In this document: piece after piece, positions 1-10,092 of the stretch | Layout of the letters: every line of letters starts with the position of its first letter | Position numbering within the stretch: position 1 is the first letter of the stretch | Virus record (IMG/VR): IMGVR_UViG_3300017963_000188 | Location: 1 to 64,000 of that record | Length of the DNA: 64,000 nt | Direction: 5' to 3' (one strand) | Notes under the pieces: model-generated | Database searches by the model: none | Seen by the model: only the letters and a program-made list of their open reading frames with translations | Told to the model about the DNA's origin: nothing | Translations under genes and position numbers: made by a program

Positions 1-45
1 AAAGATTGAGGCTATGATTAGTGTTTGTAAGTCTTTGAGTCCAGA

Positions 46-519
46 ATGAAGTGGTATGTGAACAAAGATGTGTCTGGTTCTGGTCCTTGTCAGCTCATTA
101 CAGCTCTTAATGCTCTTGTGTATCTTGAATCCCCATTACCTTCAAGACATGTTATTGAAATCCTCATTGATGCAGTAGCATGTCGGTATGGTTCGGCACT
201 TCGCATTGAAGCAGGATGGGAAGCTCTTGGATTACACGTAGAATGGTTACCTAGAGATTCTATACCGTTGATTTGGATTAAGGAGCAATTGAAACTTGGA
301 AGACCAGTAGAAATAGGTGGGTTTAGTCCTGATTGGGGATATCATAGCTCTCTTTGTATTGAAGCGAAGGGGAAAAGTTTGAGACTTGTAAACTGGGAAA
401 AAACTAAAGATACCTCTATGGTAAGATGGGATCAGATTAAAATACCAGAGTGTAACAAAGGTCCTGTAGCATTTTATATGGATGACCGAAAACGAGAATT
501 GGATCTTTACCCGTTATGA
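46..519 (+). CDS. hypothetical protein, possible C39-like cysteine peptidase fold
   Basis: GPCQLITALNAL (Cys), GYHSSL (His) and VNW spaced like a papain/C39 triad; by eye only. Confidence 0.35.
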   Translation: MKWYVNKDVSGSGPCQLITALNALVYLESPLPSRHVIEILIDAVACRYGSALRIEAGWEALGLHVEWLPRDSIPLIWIKEQLKLGRPVEIGGFSPDWGYHSSLCIEAKGKSLRLVNWEKTKDTSMVRWDQIKIPECNKGPVAFYMDDRKRELDLYPL

Positions 520-1109
520 AAATATATCTTTCCATAGACTATGATTATTGGGGATTTACCTATCACCAAAGAGACATTCAGTTCTTGTATCAAGCCTTAG
601 CACTTAAAGTTCCAAAGATTGCTATGGTGAACCATGATTTGATGGTGGATCATATAGATTCGATATCACATGATCTGTTGATTAACATTGACTATCATTC
701 TGACCTTCCATTTTCATATGACTGTCGATCTTGTTTGAGTATTGGTAATTGGCCTTGTTATCTTGATTATCATAATGATCGGGATTATGAATGGAGACAT
801 CCATTTTTCAGATATCGAAACGGTCTTTGTCGGGATTCTAAGTGGTATCGTACCCATGATAATTTCAGAAAGGTTTTTAGGAAACAAGGAGTTTCAGATA
901 TCAATCTTGATGATGTGGTGGGGGTAGGTTTTTGTTTAAGTCCAGAATATATTGAGGAGGAATCTATACCTCAACTCCTTAAAGTTGAATCCACTAAGTT
1001 TTTGAGATTTATCAATAGACAGATAAAGCGTTGGAAACGGGATGGAGGTGGGTGGAGGACATTTTGGGATTATGTTGGGGAAACCATTGAGGAAACCGTT
1101 AAATTTTAG
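516..1109 (+). CDS. UPF0489/arginase-like putative metallohydrolase
   Basis: LSIDYDYW, NHD, NIDYHSDL and IGNW motifs. Confidence 0.45.
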   Translation: MKIYLSIDYDYWGFTYHQRDIQFLYQALALKVPKIAMVNHDLMVDHIDSISHDLLINIDYHSDLPFSYDCRSCLSIGNWPCYLDYHNDRDYEWRHPFFRYRNGLCRDSKWYRTHDNFRKVFRKQGVSDINLDDVVGVGFCLSPEYIEEESIPQLLKVESTKFLRFINRQIKRWKRDGGGWRTFWDYVGETIEETVKF

Positions 1110-1117
1110 GAGCTGAC

Positions 1118-1438
1118 ATGAAATATCGAGTCTGGTCTAATAATGAATTTCAGTATCATGAAGAAGATTTCCAGCTCTATGCTGATGTGAAGGATTCAAA
1201 AGGAAACCCTATTTATGAAGGGGATATTGTCAAAGGAATTTGGAATGGTATATTTCCAAAGGATAAAGTGGGTTTTATAGGTGTTGTAGAGTGGAGCACA
1301 CTCATGCTCAGATTCATGATTTATTTACCATCTGAAGGTGGGTGGGTCATATTGAACCATGATGACATAGAATATCTAGAAGTAATTGGTAATGAGAAAG
1401 AGAATCCAAATCTTTTGGAGGGTGTATGTGCCATATGA
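1118..1438 (+). CDS. YopX family protein
   Basis: KYRVW...KDSKGNPIYEGDIV...LEVIGNEKENPNLL, the typical YopX signature. Confidence 0.9.
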   Translation: MKYRVWSNNEFQYHEEDFQLYADVKDSKGNPIYEGDIVKGIWNGIFPKDKVGFIGVVEWSTLMLRFMIYLPSEGGWVILNHDDIEYLEVIGNEKENPNLLEGVCAI

Positions 1439-2127
1439 TAATAAATATCAATGATAAGATACATTTTTATCATTGCCCAAATAGAATACATGAAAAGAAG
1501 ATCCAAGATCCAGATGGTACCGCACCGGAATATTTCTCTCATAAACATGCTGAAAAGGAAGGATGGTCTTTCACTATGGATGAGAAGTGGAGTAGTGATG
1601 GTGAACTCGTTGCTGTATGTCCTCAGTGTAATCATACCACAGCTCTTTTGAATCGTCTTGACACAGTGTATGCTACTCACTGTGAGCAACTTCCAAAAGA
1701 ACCAGATAAGTTCAAGAATTGGGCCGAGAAGGAAGACCTCAAGGGGATGGAGGTTATATTTGTCCCCGATCAACCTTTTTACAAGAAAGTTCTGGATCTT
1801 ATAGATCCAAATGATGTGGTATTTGATGCTGGTGCTGGGGATTTCAGACTTTCTTACCTCATGGCTCAGGTGTGTCAAAAAGTCTATGCTGTGGAAGTCA
1901 ACCCTTTGACAGTATCTCATGCATTGGAGACTTTTGGATATGATATGCCTCCAAATCTGATTACGATACGAGGTAATTTCCGTCAAATACCTATGTTTTG
2001 GGATGTCACCACAATCGTAATGTTGATGCGTCATTACCAGCACGAACTTCCAGGTGAATGGAAGAACAAAAGGCTCATCACAAATGCCTTTGGGAACGAT
2101 AAAGAATTGCTCGTCCAGAATATTTAG
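1426..2127 (+). CDS. class I SAM-dependent methyltransferase with N-terminal Cys/His segment
   Basis: VVFDAGAGDFRLS (motif I) followed by VYAVEVNP. Confidence 0.8.
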   Translation: MCHMIININDKIHFYHCPNRIHEKKIQDPDGTAPEYFSHKHAEKEGWSFTMDEKWSSDGELVAVCPQCNHTTALLNRLDTVYATHCEQLPKEPDKFKNWAEKEDLKGMEVIFVPDQPFYKKVLDLIDPNDVVFDAGAGDFRLSYLMAQVCQKVYAVEVNPLTVSHALETFGYDMPPNLITIRGNFRQIPMFWDVTTIVMLMRHYQHELPGEWKNKRLITNAFGNDKELLVQNI

Positions 2128-2128
2128 C

Positions 2129-2157
2129 TTTAAAATCTACCATCTCCCCAGTATATA
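2129..2157 (+). promoter_or_regulatory. phage promoter TTTAAA-N17-TATATA
   Basis: exact match to the window-wide consensus. Confidence 0.7.
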
Positions 2158-2187
2158 TTTATGGTAATTTTTTAATATGTTCTGTTT

Positions 2188-2475
2188 TTGACAGGACGTA
2201 TGAAGATATTTATAGAAAATAGGGGATTGAACATGAGTTCTATAGAACTTAGAAAACTTTCATTCAAAATAGCACAGGATGAAATTCAAGCTCCAGACCC
2301 AAAAGTCAAGAAAGAAGTGAATAAATACTACAAAGAATGTCGTGCCGATGGTGGTTCACAAGAGTATTGTGCCCGTGTTGCATGGCAAATCTATTGTGAA
2401 AATGTCAATCCCGACTATGAGGGTTGCACTGAATTTGGTGAAACTGAAAAGACCGTTGGTCCTCTCAACAAATGA
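2188..2475 (+). CDS. hypothetical protein carrying the ELRKLSFKIA motif (start probably MSSIE at 2233)
   Basis: ORF with a Cys-rich C-terminus; AGGGG RBS before 2233. Confidence 0.6.
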   Translation: MTGRMKIFIENRGLNMSSIELRKLSFKIAQDEIQAPDPKVKKEVNKYYKECRADGGSQEYCARVAWQIYCENVNPDYEGCTEFGETEKTVGPLNK

Positions 2476-3110
2476 CGGAGTTTGTAATGCCCAGTTCAAA
2501 TCTATGTGAGTTAGGTAGGAAAATTAGTATATCGGTGGGAGATACATCACAAGGTGGTTTGAAACTTACCAAAACATTGGCTATTCGATTTGGTAAAGAA
2601 GCTCAGAATTCAATGGAGACTCATTTCACATTAAATGGGCCTGATGACTCTAATTTTCATGTTGAGAAAAAAGGAAATAGTTATTCTGTAGGTGCTTTTG
2701 CTGAAGGTGTCCCAGGAGAAATGTGGATTGGTGGGGAAGATAATGCTCTGGTGGAAAGAGAAACTCAACAAGAAGCTAGTTGGCAGGGAATTGAAGAAGG
2801 CACTGAGGAATGGAATGATTTATATGAAGAGATTGAACGACGTATTTATCGTCCAGCCAATGAAGCTGAAATCAACATAGAAATGACCCTTGAACAAGGG
2901 GAATACACAGAACATATCGAAGATGATGAGTCCAATATTGTTGGTGAGGAAAAAATCCCATATGTACACCTGACATACGAACTCTTCTCTAAATATGGTT
3001 ATGATGATGGGAAGTCTCGGGGGTGGTATGAGGAATGGCTTTGGACAGAACAAGAAGTCAAAAATGCCATCTCAGATATGAAACGTCATATTGAATACAT
3101 GACAATATAG
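2472..3110 (+). CDS. hypothetical acidic protein
   Basis: 212-aa ORF overlapping the upstream stop. Confidence 0.7.
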   Translation: MTEFVMPSSNLCELGRKISISVGDTSQGGLKLTKTLAIRFGKEAQNSMETHFTLNGPDDSNFHVEKKGNSYSVGAFAEGVPGEMWIGGEDNALVERETQQEASWQGIEEGTEEWNDLYEEIERRIYRPANEAEINIEMTLEQGEYTEHIEDDESNIVGEEKIPYVHLTYELFSKYGYDDGKSRGWYEEWLWTEQEVKNAISDMKRHIEYMTI

Positions 3111-3148
3111 AAATAGCAGTAAAACTCGTCACAAAAAGGAAGAAACCC

Positions 3149-4021
3149 ATGGATCTCAATGAAATTTCAGGATATGAATCGGGCTCAACAGAGATTTGGT
3201 ATTATAAACCAGGACAGAGCCGTGACTTAGGGATGGGTTCAGAATGGATGCTGAAGAAAATGCCCAAAGCCATGCCTGACCCCAACAATTTGAAGAAGAC
3301 ACATACTCTTCTGGGTACTCTCAAGGAAACCAATCTCAACAAGATCTATGAGATGTTGCAGGGTATGTTTTGGAGTCCAAACGGTGAGGCTCGTGAACTT
3401 ATCAATGACTTAGACCTTGATCACACATCAATGAGTGTGGGAGATATCATCAAGACTCCATCAAGAACGGTGATGGTTGATGGTTATGGTGACCATGGTT
3501 TCTATGACCTTACCAACAAAAAAGGTGTAGAGAGCACACTAATCCAGACCATAGATAGGATAGCTAAAAAAGCAAACAAAGCTGAATTTGAACGGCACTT
3601 GGAACAGAACCCTGTGGTAGGTCAAGAATTTGCTGATTCAGTTATGGTTTACAGTGAGAAAGATCTCGATGATCCTATTTGGGTATCTTTTGCCTGGTAT
3701 GGTCATGGGCATCAATCGGTACATTGTATCGGAATCAGTGAGTATGGTCCTGATTCAGCTATTGAAGCTGCATTTGATACGGCTGAACAAGAGACTTTTG
3801 CAGACATGATCCGGGAAGCTGAAGAAGAGTATTATCAGGACTTCATTGAAGAAGGTATGTCTGAAGAAGATGCTCGTGAAAAAGCATATGAATGGTCACA
3901 GGAACCATTAGATGGCATGGTCTATGAGCTAACCAAAGGTGAGTTTGGAGAAGTAGCTGAAAAGTCCAAGAGCATGCAAGGTAATGACCTCTCAAAACTC
4001 TACGATGAAGATATCGACTAA
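3149..4021 (+). CDS. YodL-like domain plus acidic domain joined by an IDRIAKKANKA linker
   Basis: HTSMSVGDII...VMVDGYG resembles the YodL HSLSVSDVV..YVDSFGF motif; C-terminal half is very D/E-rich. Confidence 0.55.
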   Translation: MDLNEISGYESGSTEIWYYKPGQSRDLGMGSEWMLKKMPKAMPDPNNLKKTHTLLGTLKETNLNKIYEMLQGMFWSPNGEARELINDLDLDHTSMSVGDIIKTPSRTVMVDGYGDHGFYDLTNKKGVESTLIQTIDRIAKKANKAEFERHLEQNPVVGQEFADSVMVYSEKDLDDPIWVSFAWYGHGHQSVHCIGISEYGPDSAIEAAFDTAEQETFADMIREAEEEYYQDFIEEGMSEEDAREKAYEWSQEPLDGMVYELTKGEFGEVAEKSKSMQGNDLSKLYDEDID

Positions 4022-4032
4022 TCCCTACCAAC

Positions 4033-4061
4033 TTTAAAAAATCGATTATCTCCGGTATAGA
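4033..4061 (+). promoter_or_regulatory. phage promoter TTTAAA-N17-TATAGA
   Basis: exact consensus upstream of the RNA ligase gene. Confidence 0.8.
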
Positions 4062-4120
4062 TCTTTAGGAGGAGGTGGAGATCCACCAAGTCCAGTAGGA
4101 TCTGAAATTGGAGGTAGTAG

Positions 4121-5242
4121 ATGAATCCATATAACATTCCATTTAATGAATTGTATCAAGGATTACTTGCTGAGGTTGAAAAGGGGTGGATTCGTAAAGT
4201 AGATGACCCTGAAGGTCCATTAGAGCTATATAACTACACAGAAGACTGTCAAGAACAACGAGTATGGAATCCCTCAACAATCGTTGCAAGGGGTCTTGTA
4301 CTTGATCCAATCAAGAAGAAGGTTGTAGCTCACCCCTTCCCAAAATTCTTCAATCTGGGGGAACCTGAGGCTGCTGAGATACACCACCCCATCAAGGTAA
4401 CAGAGAAGATGGATGGGTCTTTGGTAATAGCTTTCTGGGATGAATATCAAAATAAGTTCAGAACCGTGACCAGAGGTTCATTCACAAGTCCAGCAGCTCT
4501 ATCAGCTCAAGATATGTTACCTCAGAACCTGAACAAAGATTACACATATCTGCTTGAGTTGATTGGTCCTGATAATTGGGTTGTGGTGAAATATCCTGAT
4601 GATCGTCTCATTCTTCTCACTATCTACGATCAAATAGGTCATGAGTTGAATTGGCCTGATGTTCTTTTATGGGGTAGGAGGATGGGTGTTGATGTCGTTC
4701 AGACTCATGTTTTCGATACTGTTGGGGAGACATTGCAATATGCTCAAACTCTCCCAAATGACCGTGAAGGATTTGTAATACGTGATAGATATGGAAGTAG
4801 GGTAAAAGTAAAGGGTCCAGAGTATCTGAAGCTCCATAAATTCTTGTCTAGAATCACACCTAAGAATGTGTGGAGGTGGATGAGGCATGGTGAGGGGGTA
4901 GATCCAGAACGAATCCCTGACGAATTTTTGCCTGACTTCAAAGAACTCCAACGAATGTTTGAAGAGAAGTTTGAAGAAGTGTTGGGGCAGGTGGGTTTGT
5001 TGAAGGGAAAGGTATATCAGTTCTCTCGAAAAGAACTAGCACTGACTCTTAATGGAGGGAAATGGCCTCGTGGTTCAGAAGTTACGAGGTTTGAGAAGAA
5101 GTTTGCCTTCCACTGTTTTGATCTAGATTTCCCAGAGAAGGCTCGTACCATAGGGTCCAAACAACGTCGTAACGTGTTTGATGAGTTTGAGCCAAAAGGG
5201 AAACATCTCGATGGATTTGAACCACTCAATTCAATGATCTAA
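4121..5242 (+). CDS. T4 Rnl1-like RNA ligase
   Basis: ARGLV, PFPKFFN, TEKMDGSL (motif I, adenylated Lys), EGFVI (motif IV), RVKVKGPEY (motif V). Confidence 0.9.
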   Translation: MNPYNIPFNELYQGLLAEVEKGWIRKVDDPEGPLELYNYTEDCQEQRVWNPSTIVARGLVLDPIKKKVVAHPFPKFFNLGEPEAAEIHHPIKVTEKMDGSLVIAFWDEYQNKFRTVTRGSFTSPAALSAQDMLPQNLNKDYTYLLELIGPDNWVVVKYPDDRLILLTIYDQIGHELNWPDVLLWGRRMGVDVVQTHVFDTVGETLQYAQTLPNDREGFVIRDRYGSRVKVKGPEYLKLHKFLSRITPKNVWRWMRHGEGVDPERIPDEFLPDFKELQRMFEEKFEEVLGQVGLLKGKVYQFSRKELALTLNGGKWPRGSEVTRFEKKFAFHCFDLDFPEKARTIGSKQRRNVFDEFEPKGKHLDGFEPLNSMI

Positions 5243-5284
5243 TAATATACCATTTCCGGTAAAATATTAAATCGGAGATGGTAT

Positions 5285-6007
5285 ATGAGAAGAAAGTGGA
5301 CTCCTAAAGAGATAGCAGACCTTAGACTGCTTGCAGAATTAAAATCAATACAAGAATTGTCCCGATTATTTGACCGTAGCTCGGACTCTATAAGAGCACA
5401 ATGCCGATTACATAACATTAGTTACAAGAGGGTTGTGAATCGTAAAGAATGGTCTAGTAGGGAATTGGAACGACTCAAAGGTCTATTAGAGCATTATACG
5501 ATAAGTGAAGCTGCTGAACGATTGGGTCGCAACCCAAAAGCTGTTTGGGCTAAGATGAAACAGGAAGGTATAAAGCATAAGGTCACAAAGGCTAGTCCTT
5601 TCCATACCAAGGATCGGAATAGGGTATGGACCCAGGAAGATGATGATTTACTCTACCAGATGGCTGAGACAAGTTCGGTACGGAACATAGCTAAAAGGAT
5701 GGATCGAAGCCCTGGAGCTATCAGAACCAGAGCTATGGAGCTTGGTATTACATGGCATCGATACCGATGGACAATAGGGAAAATAGCTGAACTTTTAGGG
5801 GTAGGTAAGACTACTGTTGCTAAATATAGAAAAAAACTCAAACAGAAGTGGAGATATAAGAGCACTTTCAAAGAACCCACAGAAGAAGAGATACAAGCTA
5901 TAGCTCAAGCCATACTTGATAATCCTCGTTCTCAGGTCAAAGATGCAAAAAGACTCAGACAAATAGCTGAAGGAAATTGGGATGCTTGGGAGTGGAGATT
6001 AAAATAA
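5285..6007 (+). CDS. tandem Myb/SANT-like HTH repeat DNA-binding protein
   Basis: repeats WTPKE..L, WSSRE..L and WTQEDDDLL plus an HTH; paralog of 37370-38233. Confidence 0.7.
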   Translation: MRRKWTPKEIADLRLLAELKSIQELSRLFDRSSDSIRAQCRLHNISYKRVVNRKEWSSRELERLKGLLEHYTISEAAERLGRNPKAVWAKMKQEGIKHKVTKASPFHTKDRNRVWTQEDDDLLYQMAETSSVRNIAKRMDRSPGAIRTRAMELGITWHRYRWTIGKIAELLGVGKTTVAKYRKKLKQKWRYKSTFKEPTEEEIQAIAQAILDNPRSQVKDAKRLRQIAEGNWDAWEWRLK

Positions 6008-6020
6008 TCCTTTTTTCCTC

Positions 6021-6049
6021 TTTAAAAAAATAAATCTCTTCAGTATAGA
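6021..6049 (+). promoter_or_regulatory. phage promoter TTTAAA-N17-TATAGA
   Basis: exact consensus followed by AGGAGG and the ORF at 6060. Confidence 0.8.
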
Positions 6050-6059
6050 TCTATAGGAG

Positions 6060-6266
6060 GTGTTCATGTCCCCTCAACTCAAAAAAACCTACGATGCCAT
6101 CGCTGCTAAATATGGATTTCAGTGGCTTGACATGGATCAGCTTGATAGAGAATTCAACTCTCATCATCTTCTCGACCTTCTCCAAATCGGTATGGCTACT
6201 TGTAAGACTCTCCCTCGTCAATTGGGAGTTCCTCACCCTGTGACCCGATATCGTATCTTTGCTTAG
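6060..6266 (+). CDS. hypothetical protein
   Basis: promoter and RBS upstream. Confidence 0.65.
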   Translation: MFMSPQLKKTYDAIAAKYGFQWLDMDQLDREFNSHHLLDLLQIGMATCKTLPRQLGVPHPVTRYRIFA

Positions 6267-6382
6267 GAGACGATATGAAGCTCTATGAAGTGAAAGTCGA
6301 GATGACTACGTGCCGATATTGCTTGGGTTGAACCGGGACGGGAAGGATCTGGTACATGGAAAAATCTGGATAGGAGGAAGTA

Positions 6383-6679
6383 ATGTCAATGAATCTACAC
6401 CTTAAGGTCGATGATCAAGAAATCGACCTTTGGCAGACACCAACGAGCATCACGCATATGTGTTTGGTTAATCACAATTTTGAGATTCAATTTGAGGTTG
6501 AAGGAGAAGCCGCTCTCAGAGCGATAGCTATCTATACTACCTGGGTCCGAAGCACATTAAACGGTATATGGGATGATGAAGAAGACCTCAGAACCCATCA
6601 GGTGTTTGTCTCGGATCATATCTCGGATATAAAAAACGCTGTCACAAAAGGACACAAAGTAAATGTGTATCAGCTTTAG
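6383..6679 (+). CDS. hypothetical protein
   Basis: AGGAGG RBS, operon position. Confidence 0.7.
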   Translation: MSMNLHLKVDDQEIDLWQTPTSITHMCLVNHNFEIQFEVEGEAALRAIAIYTTWVRSTLNGIWDDEEDLRTHQVFVSDHISDIKNAVTKGHKVNVYQL

Positions 6680-6688
6680 GAGGGAGCA

Positions 6689-6940
6689 ATGACCATTGAT
6701 ATTTCCATGTGGCAAGAATGTCCGGCCAAGGGCTGTGACTGCCCACCCCGATTCTGGGGAAAGCCTGTAAAATTCCTGATTGAAGACCCACATATCCCAG
6801 CAGGGTATGTGGTTTTGATGGGCTGGGAGTGTGATGGTCTCATTTATGGGACCGTGACCAGAGCTGGTGGGGAGAACATGGAAAGCCATGGTCATACCTA
6901 TCTCCGTAACCTTCCTGGACGTACTGTAACTGTGACCTGA
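6689..6940 (+). CDS. hypothetical protein
   Basis: GGAG RBS, operon position. Confidence 0.65.
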   Translation: MTIDISMWQECPAKGCDCPPRFWGKPVKFLIEDPHIPAGYVVLMGWECDGLIYGTVTRAGGENMESHGHTYLRNLPGRTVTVT

Positions 6941-6948
6941 GGTTAGAC

Positions 6949-7215
6949 ATGAATCATACCAGGCACTCAAAGCACAGGAAGTTGCGTAAATGGTGGATGC
7001 GTAATGAATCCCATAGTGGTCCTATCCGTGTGAAACGTCCCGGTCGAAGTCGATACCGTCGATGTCCTTTATGTAAAAAACGTCGTAAATGGTGGATGCG
7101 AGCTAATGAATGGCATGAAGATAGAACTCGATGGGGGTATGTGAATGGGGTAAAGGCTTGTTGGTTGTGTGTGAAACGTGCTCAGGAGAATGGGGATGTC
7201 ACTGGTCAAGACTGA
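6949..7215 (+). CDS. basic CxxC-pair (zinc-ribbon-like) hypothetical protein
   Basis: CPLC and CWLC motifs; internal RKWWMR duplication. Confidence 0.6.
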   Translation: MNHTRHSKHRKLRKWWMRNESHSGPIRVKRPGRSRYRRCPLCKKRRKWWMRANEWHEDRTRWGYVNGVKACWLCVKRAQENGDVTGQD

Positions 7216-7801
7216 GATTCAACGAGCTATTATCGAGATGTCTTGCATGATTAATAATGATGAGGTGATTTACCATTTCATCTCACAGGATTCTTTGGAG
7301 AAGGTACTTCCAAAACTCAAGGGACGTTTCAATGACCCTCATATAAGATGTGTCAGGCCAGTGTTCAAAGAGGAGATTCAGCAAGGGTTGGACCCAACAA
7401 AGAACTGGACCACTGACGATATCTTTGCCTATATTGACAAGCATGAAGAGAATCCATTTCCTAAAATCACTCGTGCCTTAGATGCTCTTTACATTCTTCA
7501 TCGAAGGATTGAAATCAGTGTGGGTAAGCTTCAGAGAGATCCCAAAGAAGCTATTGTGCAGTTCATAGCCTATGAATATTATGATTGTATGTCAGGAGGG
7601 TGTTCACCATACTCATTGGCCATGTGTCGGTATCTGTATGAGAAGTACGGATTCGATCTTGATGAGGAAGTGTACCCAGCTTCAGAAGGGAAGGGGAATG
7701 ATAATGGGTGGTACACAATGAAGATGTTTCTAGAACACATCGAACATATCCCAAGATATGAAACTTTGTTCCCTGAAATATTAGCCCTTCCTGAACCATA
7801 A
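7196..7801 (+). CDS. hypothetical protein
   Basis: long ORF in operon; start uncertain (7178-7196). Confidence 0.65.
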   Translation: MSLVKTEIQRAIIEMSCMINNDEVIYHFISQDSLEKVLPKLKGRFNDPHIRCVRPVFKEEIQQGLDPTKNWTTDDIFAYIDKHEENPFPKITRALDALYILHRRIEISVGKLQRDPKEAIVQFIAYEYYDCMSGGCSPYSLAMCRYLYEKYGFDLDEEVYPASEGKGNDNGWYTMKMFLEHIEHIPRYETLFPEILALPEP

Positions 7802-7887
7802 TTAAACCCCATTAGTATAGTTATATAGCTCTATACAAAAGAGTTGGTATAGAGCAGAATGTTCAATAAATTATTGAAGGCGGCCAA

Positions 7888-8118
7888 ATGCCACACCAAT
7901 TTAAACCTGCAAAAATTGCTAAGGAAACTTGTAGTTGTGGTGTTCAATTTGACCTGATGATCGAACCTGGAATGTGTCCAGGTTGTAATGGGGATGGTCT
8001 TGGGGATGGTCCAGATGGGAGTTGTGGTGCTTGCAACGGTGCAGGATACGACTGGTCAGAACAATGGTTGTGTGACGACTGCATAAGGGAATATGATGAG
8101 CCAGTACACGAAATGTAA
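7888..8118 (+). CDS. CxxCxGxG zinc-finger protein
   Basis: CPGCNGDG and CGACNGAG, DnaJ-type zinc repeats. Confidence 0.65.
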   Translation: MPHQFKPAKIAKETCSCGVQFDLMIEPGMCPGCNGDGLGDGPDGSCGACNGAGYDWSEQWLCDDCIREYDEPVHEM

Positions 8119-8326
8119 CTATTGCATCTATCAACGGATCAAGAAACATGCTGAGTCTAAAGGAATGTCCATATCAGTAACTACTGGTGATTATGGATTC
8201 CAAGAGGTGCATGTCTACCCACCTGAAGTACCTATTGAAAAAGCTACGAAAAGGAAACCAGATGGAGAACCCAATGAATATTGGGTGGCTGGATTTATGG
8301 CTCTTTCTGATCATTGTTGCTGTTAG
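8093..8326 (+). CDS. hypothetical protein
   Basis: ORF in operon. Confidence 0.6.
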   Translation: MMSQYTKCNYCIYQRIKKHAESKGMSISVTTGDYGFQEVHVYPPEVPIEKATKRKPDGEPNEYWVAGFMALSDHCCC

Positions 8327-8334
8327 GAGATGGT

Positions 8335-8991
8335 ATGGCTTTTAATAACATAGTCCCACCATACGTTTTTGCTATTGATACCGATCAATATGCAGGCAAT
8401 TTTGAACGTCAGATGGTGGGGTATATCACTGGTCAGTTTGGTGAATGTGGTGTGGGAAAATCTGAATCTGATGTATTCTGGGATGATTTTGCAGGAGACC
8501 CTATTCTTATCAGTGATGATGAAACCATATTTGATGATGTGGTTTCCTTGCCAGATCATAATGGATGTTGTAGACCAGCAACAATATGGCCTACCCCAGG
8601 ATGGTTCAATGATGGAATGGGTGGGCATTATCAAGATGGTCAGGAGGAAGAAGCCCAAAAAGAATGGGTGCGGAAATGCATCAGAGAAGCTAATGATCCT
8701 GGAAGTCTTCATCCAGCAAATCATCAGGAACATAAGGAAAGATGGTTGGAACAATCAAAAAAATCTATGACTAAATATCCTGCATATCAAAGTGTGGCTG
8801 TGCTTTGGGGTGATAAACCTTGTGAGACAGCTATCGAAATCATGATAAAACGGTCCCATCGATTCTGCTCAAGTTACGTCAAGACTACCAGTAGTGGTGT
8901 AATTTCTTTACTCAGACCTTACATCAAAATTCTAGGCTTTAGGTTGATCTATCAACAAATAACTTCAGAAGTTATCAATACATATCCATAG
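8335..8991 (+). CDS. hypothetical protein
   Basis: AGGAG RBS before MAFNN. Confidence 0.7.
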   Translation: MAFNNIVPPYVFAIDTDQYAGNFERQMVGYITGQFGECGVGKSESDVFWDDFAGDPILISDDETIFDDVVSLPDHNGCCRPATIWPTPGWFNDGMGGHYQDGQEEEAQKEWVRKCIREANDPGSLHPANHQEHKERWLEQSKKSMTKYPAYQSVAVLWGDKPCETAIEIMIKRSHRFCSSYVKTTSSGVISLLRPYIKILGFRLIYQQITSEVINTYP

Positions 8992-8999
8992 GAGATACT

Positions 9000-9446
9000 A
9001 TGTATTACCTACACATCAAATGCATTGAAAGCCAAGAATTGTATATTTGCAATGCTGAAACCGAATCAGAAGTGAAACATAAAATCCAACATCTTAATCC
9101 TACTGAAGTGCTTACTGAAGTGCTTATTGATGTCGTTGAAGGTGTTTCGGTAAAGGATCAATTCAAAACAGATCTGAAAGTCCACACAGGGAAAGAACCT
9201 CCAAAACCTGGAGATGTGATTTACATAAAGTCATCTTATTACATTGGCCATGGTGAGGATGATGTATGTGGTGGCAAGGCTATTGTAGAAGAAGTTTCAG
9301 AAGGAATCAGTGCAGGGAATCCAACTCCATTTGTAACGGTACATGGGGTTGATGTGAGTTACAATTGGGAAATACTAGCTGAACAACAGGAGAAGTTGAA
9401 AGAACAATTTGGGGATGAATGGGCTCATCCATGTCCTGACAGATAA
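9000..9446 (+). CDS. hypothetical protein
   Basis: AGGAG RBS. Confidence 0.7.
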   Translation: MYYLHIKCIESQELYICNAETESEVKHKIQHLNPTEVLTEVLIDVVEGVSVKDQFKTDLKVHTGKEPPKPGDVIYIKSSYYIGHGEDDVCGGKAIVEEVSEGISAGNPTPFVTVHGVDVSYNWEILAEQQEKLKEQFGDEWAHPCPDR

Positions 9447-9457
9447 GGAGATTTTCA

Positions 9458-9994
9458 ATGCATATCAATCTTAAAAAACATGCGGGAGTCTATTTCTCGG
9501 ACTCAAGAATTCTTGAGCTACACATCACTGTGGATAGTCATGGAGAGGGTAGCTCTATACGAGGTTCAATCTTATTTGATTCTCCAGATATCGTTGGTAA
9601 ACCTGTAGATATTACAGTGTCCTGTTATGACCCAGTAGCTAGGGCAAGTCTCCAACTAGAACTCTATGGGGTAGAAATTGAAGGAGATGTATTTAAGGCT
9701 AAAGCTCTCAAGAATTGGACTCCTATGAGGGACACAGTGAGGACAGTATGCTTGGCTTGTGACGGCACGGGTCTTTATCGGGGCATGGCTGAACCCGAAG
9801 GTATTGCTGTGGTGTGTCTTATATGTGATGGTACGGGGTTTAAGGAACGTAAACTGTTTGTAAGACGTATGCCTCGAAAGGGAATCAATACAGTGAGGAG
9901 AAGTAAAGGGTCTTTTATTGCTACAGGGGTAGGTCCTACAGGCTCTTCAATCACATACCAAGAATTCACAGAAGGGAAATATCCTGAACAGTAG
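9458..9994 (+). CDS. hypothetical protein with C-terminal CxxCxGxG zinc finger
   Basis: CLACDGTG and CLICDGTG. Confidence 0.7.
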   Translation: MHINLKKHAGVYFSDSRILELHITVDSHGEGSSIRGSILFDSPDIVGKPVDITVSCYDPVARASLQLELYGVEIEGDVFKAKALKNWTPMRDTVRTVCLACDGTGLYRGMAEPEGIAVVCLICDGTGFKERKLFVRRMPRKGINTVRRSKGSFIATGVGPTGSSITYQEFTEGKYPEQ

Positions 9995-10092
9995 TGATAA
10001 CATTCATAACATTTCAGTATCATTACATAATCTAGAAACCAAAAAAATTAAAAGCCCAGTATAGTATCCGTAACTTTTTACGGAGGTGGGCT

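Noticed and set aside
1321-2043. Long antisense or overlapping ORFs in the track (e.g. 1321-2043, 20926-21558, 37616-38161, 46572-47159)
   Set aside because: Shadows of well-supported genes on the other strand; no RBS or motifs
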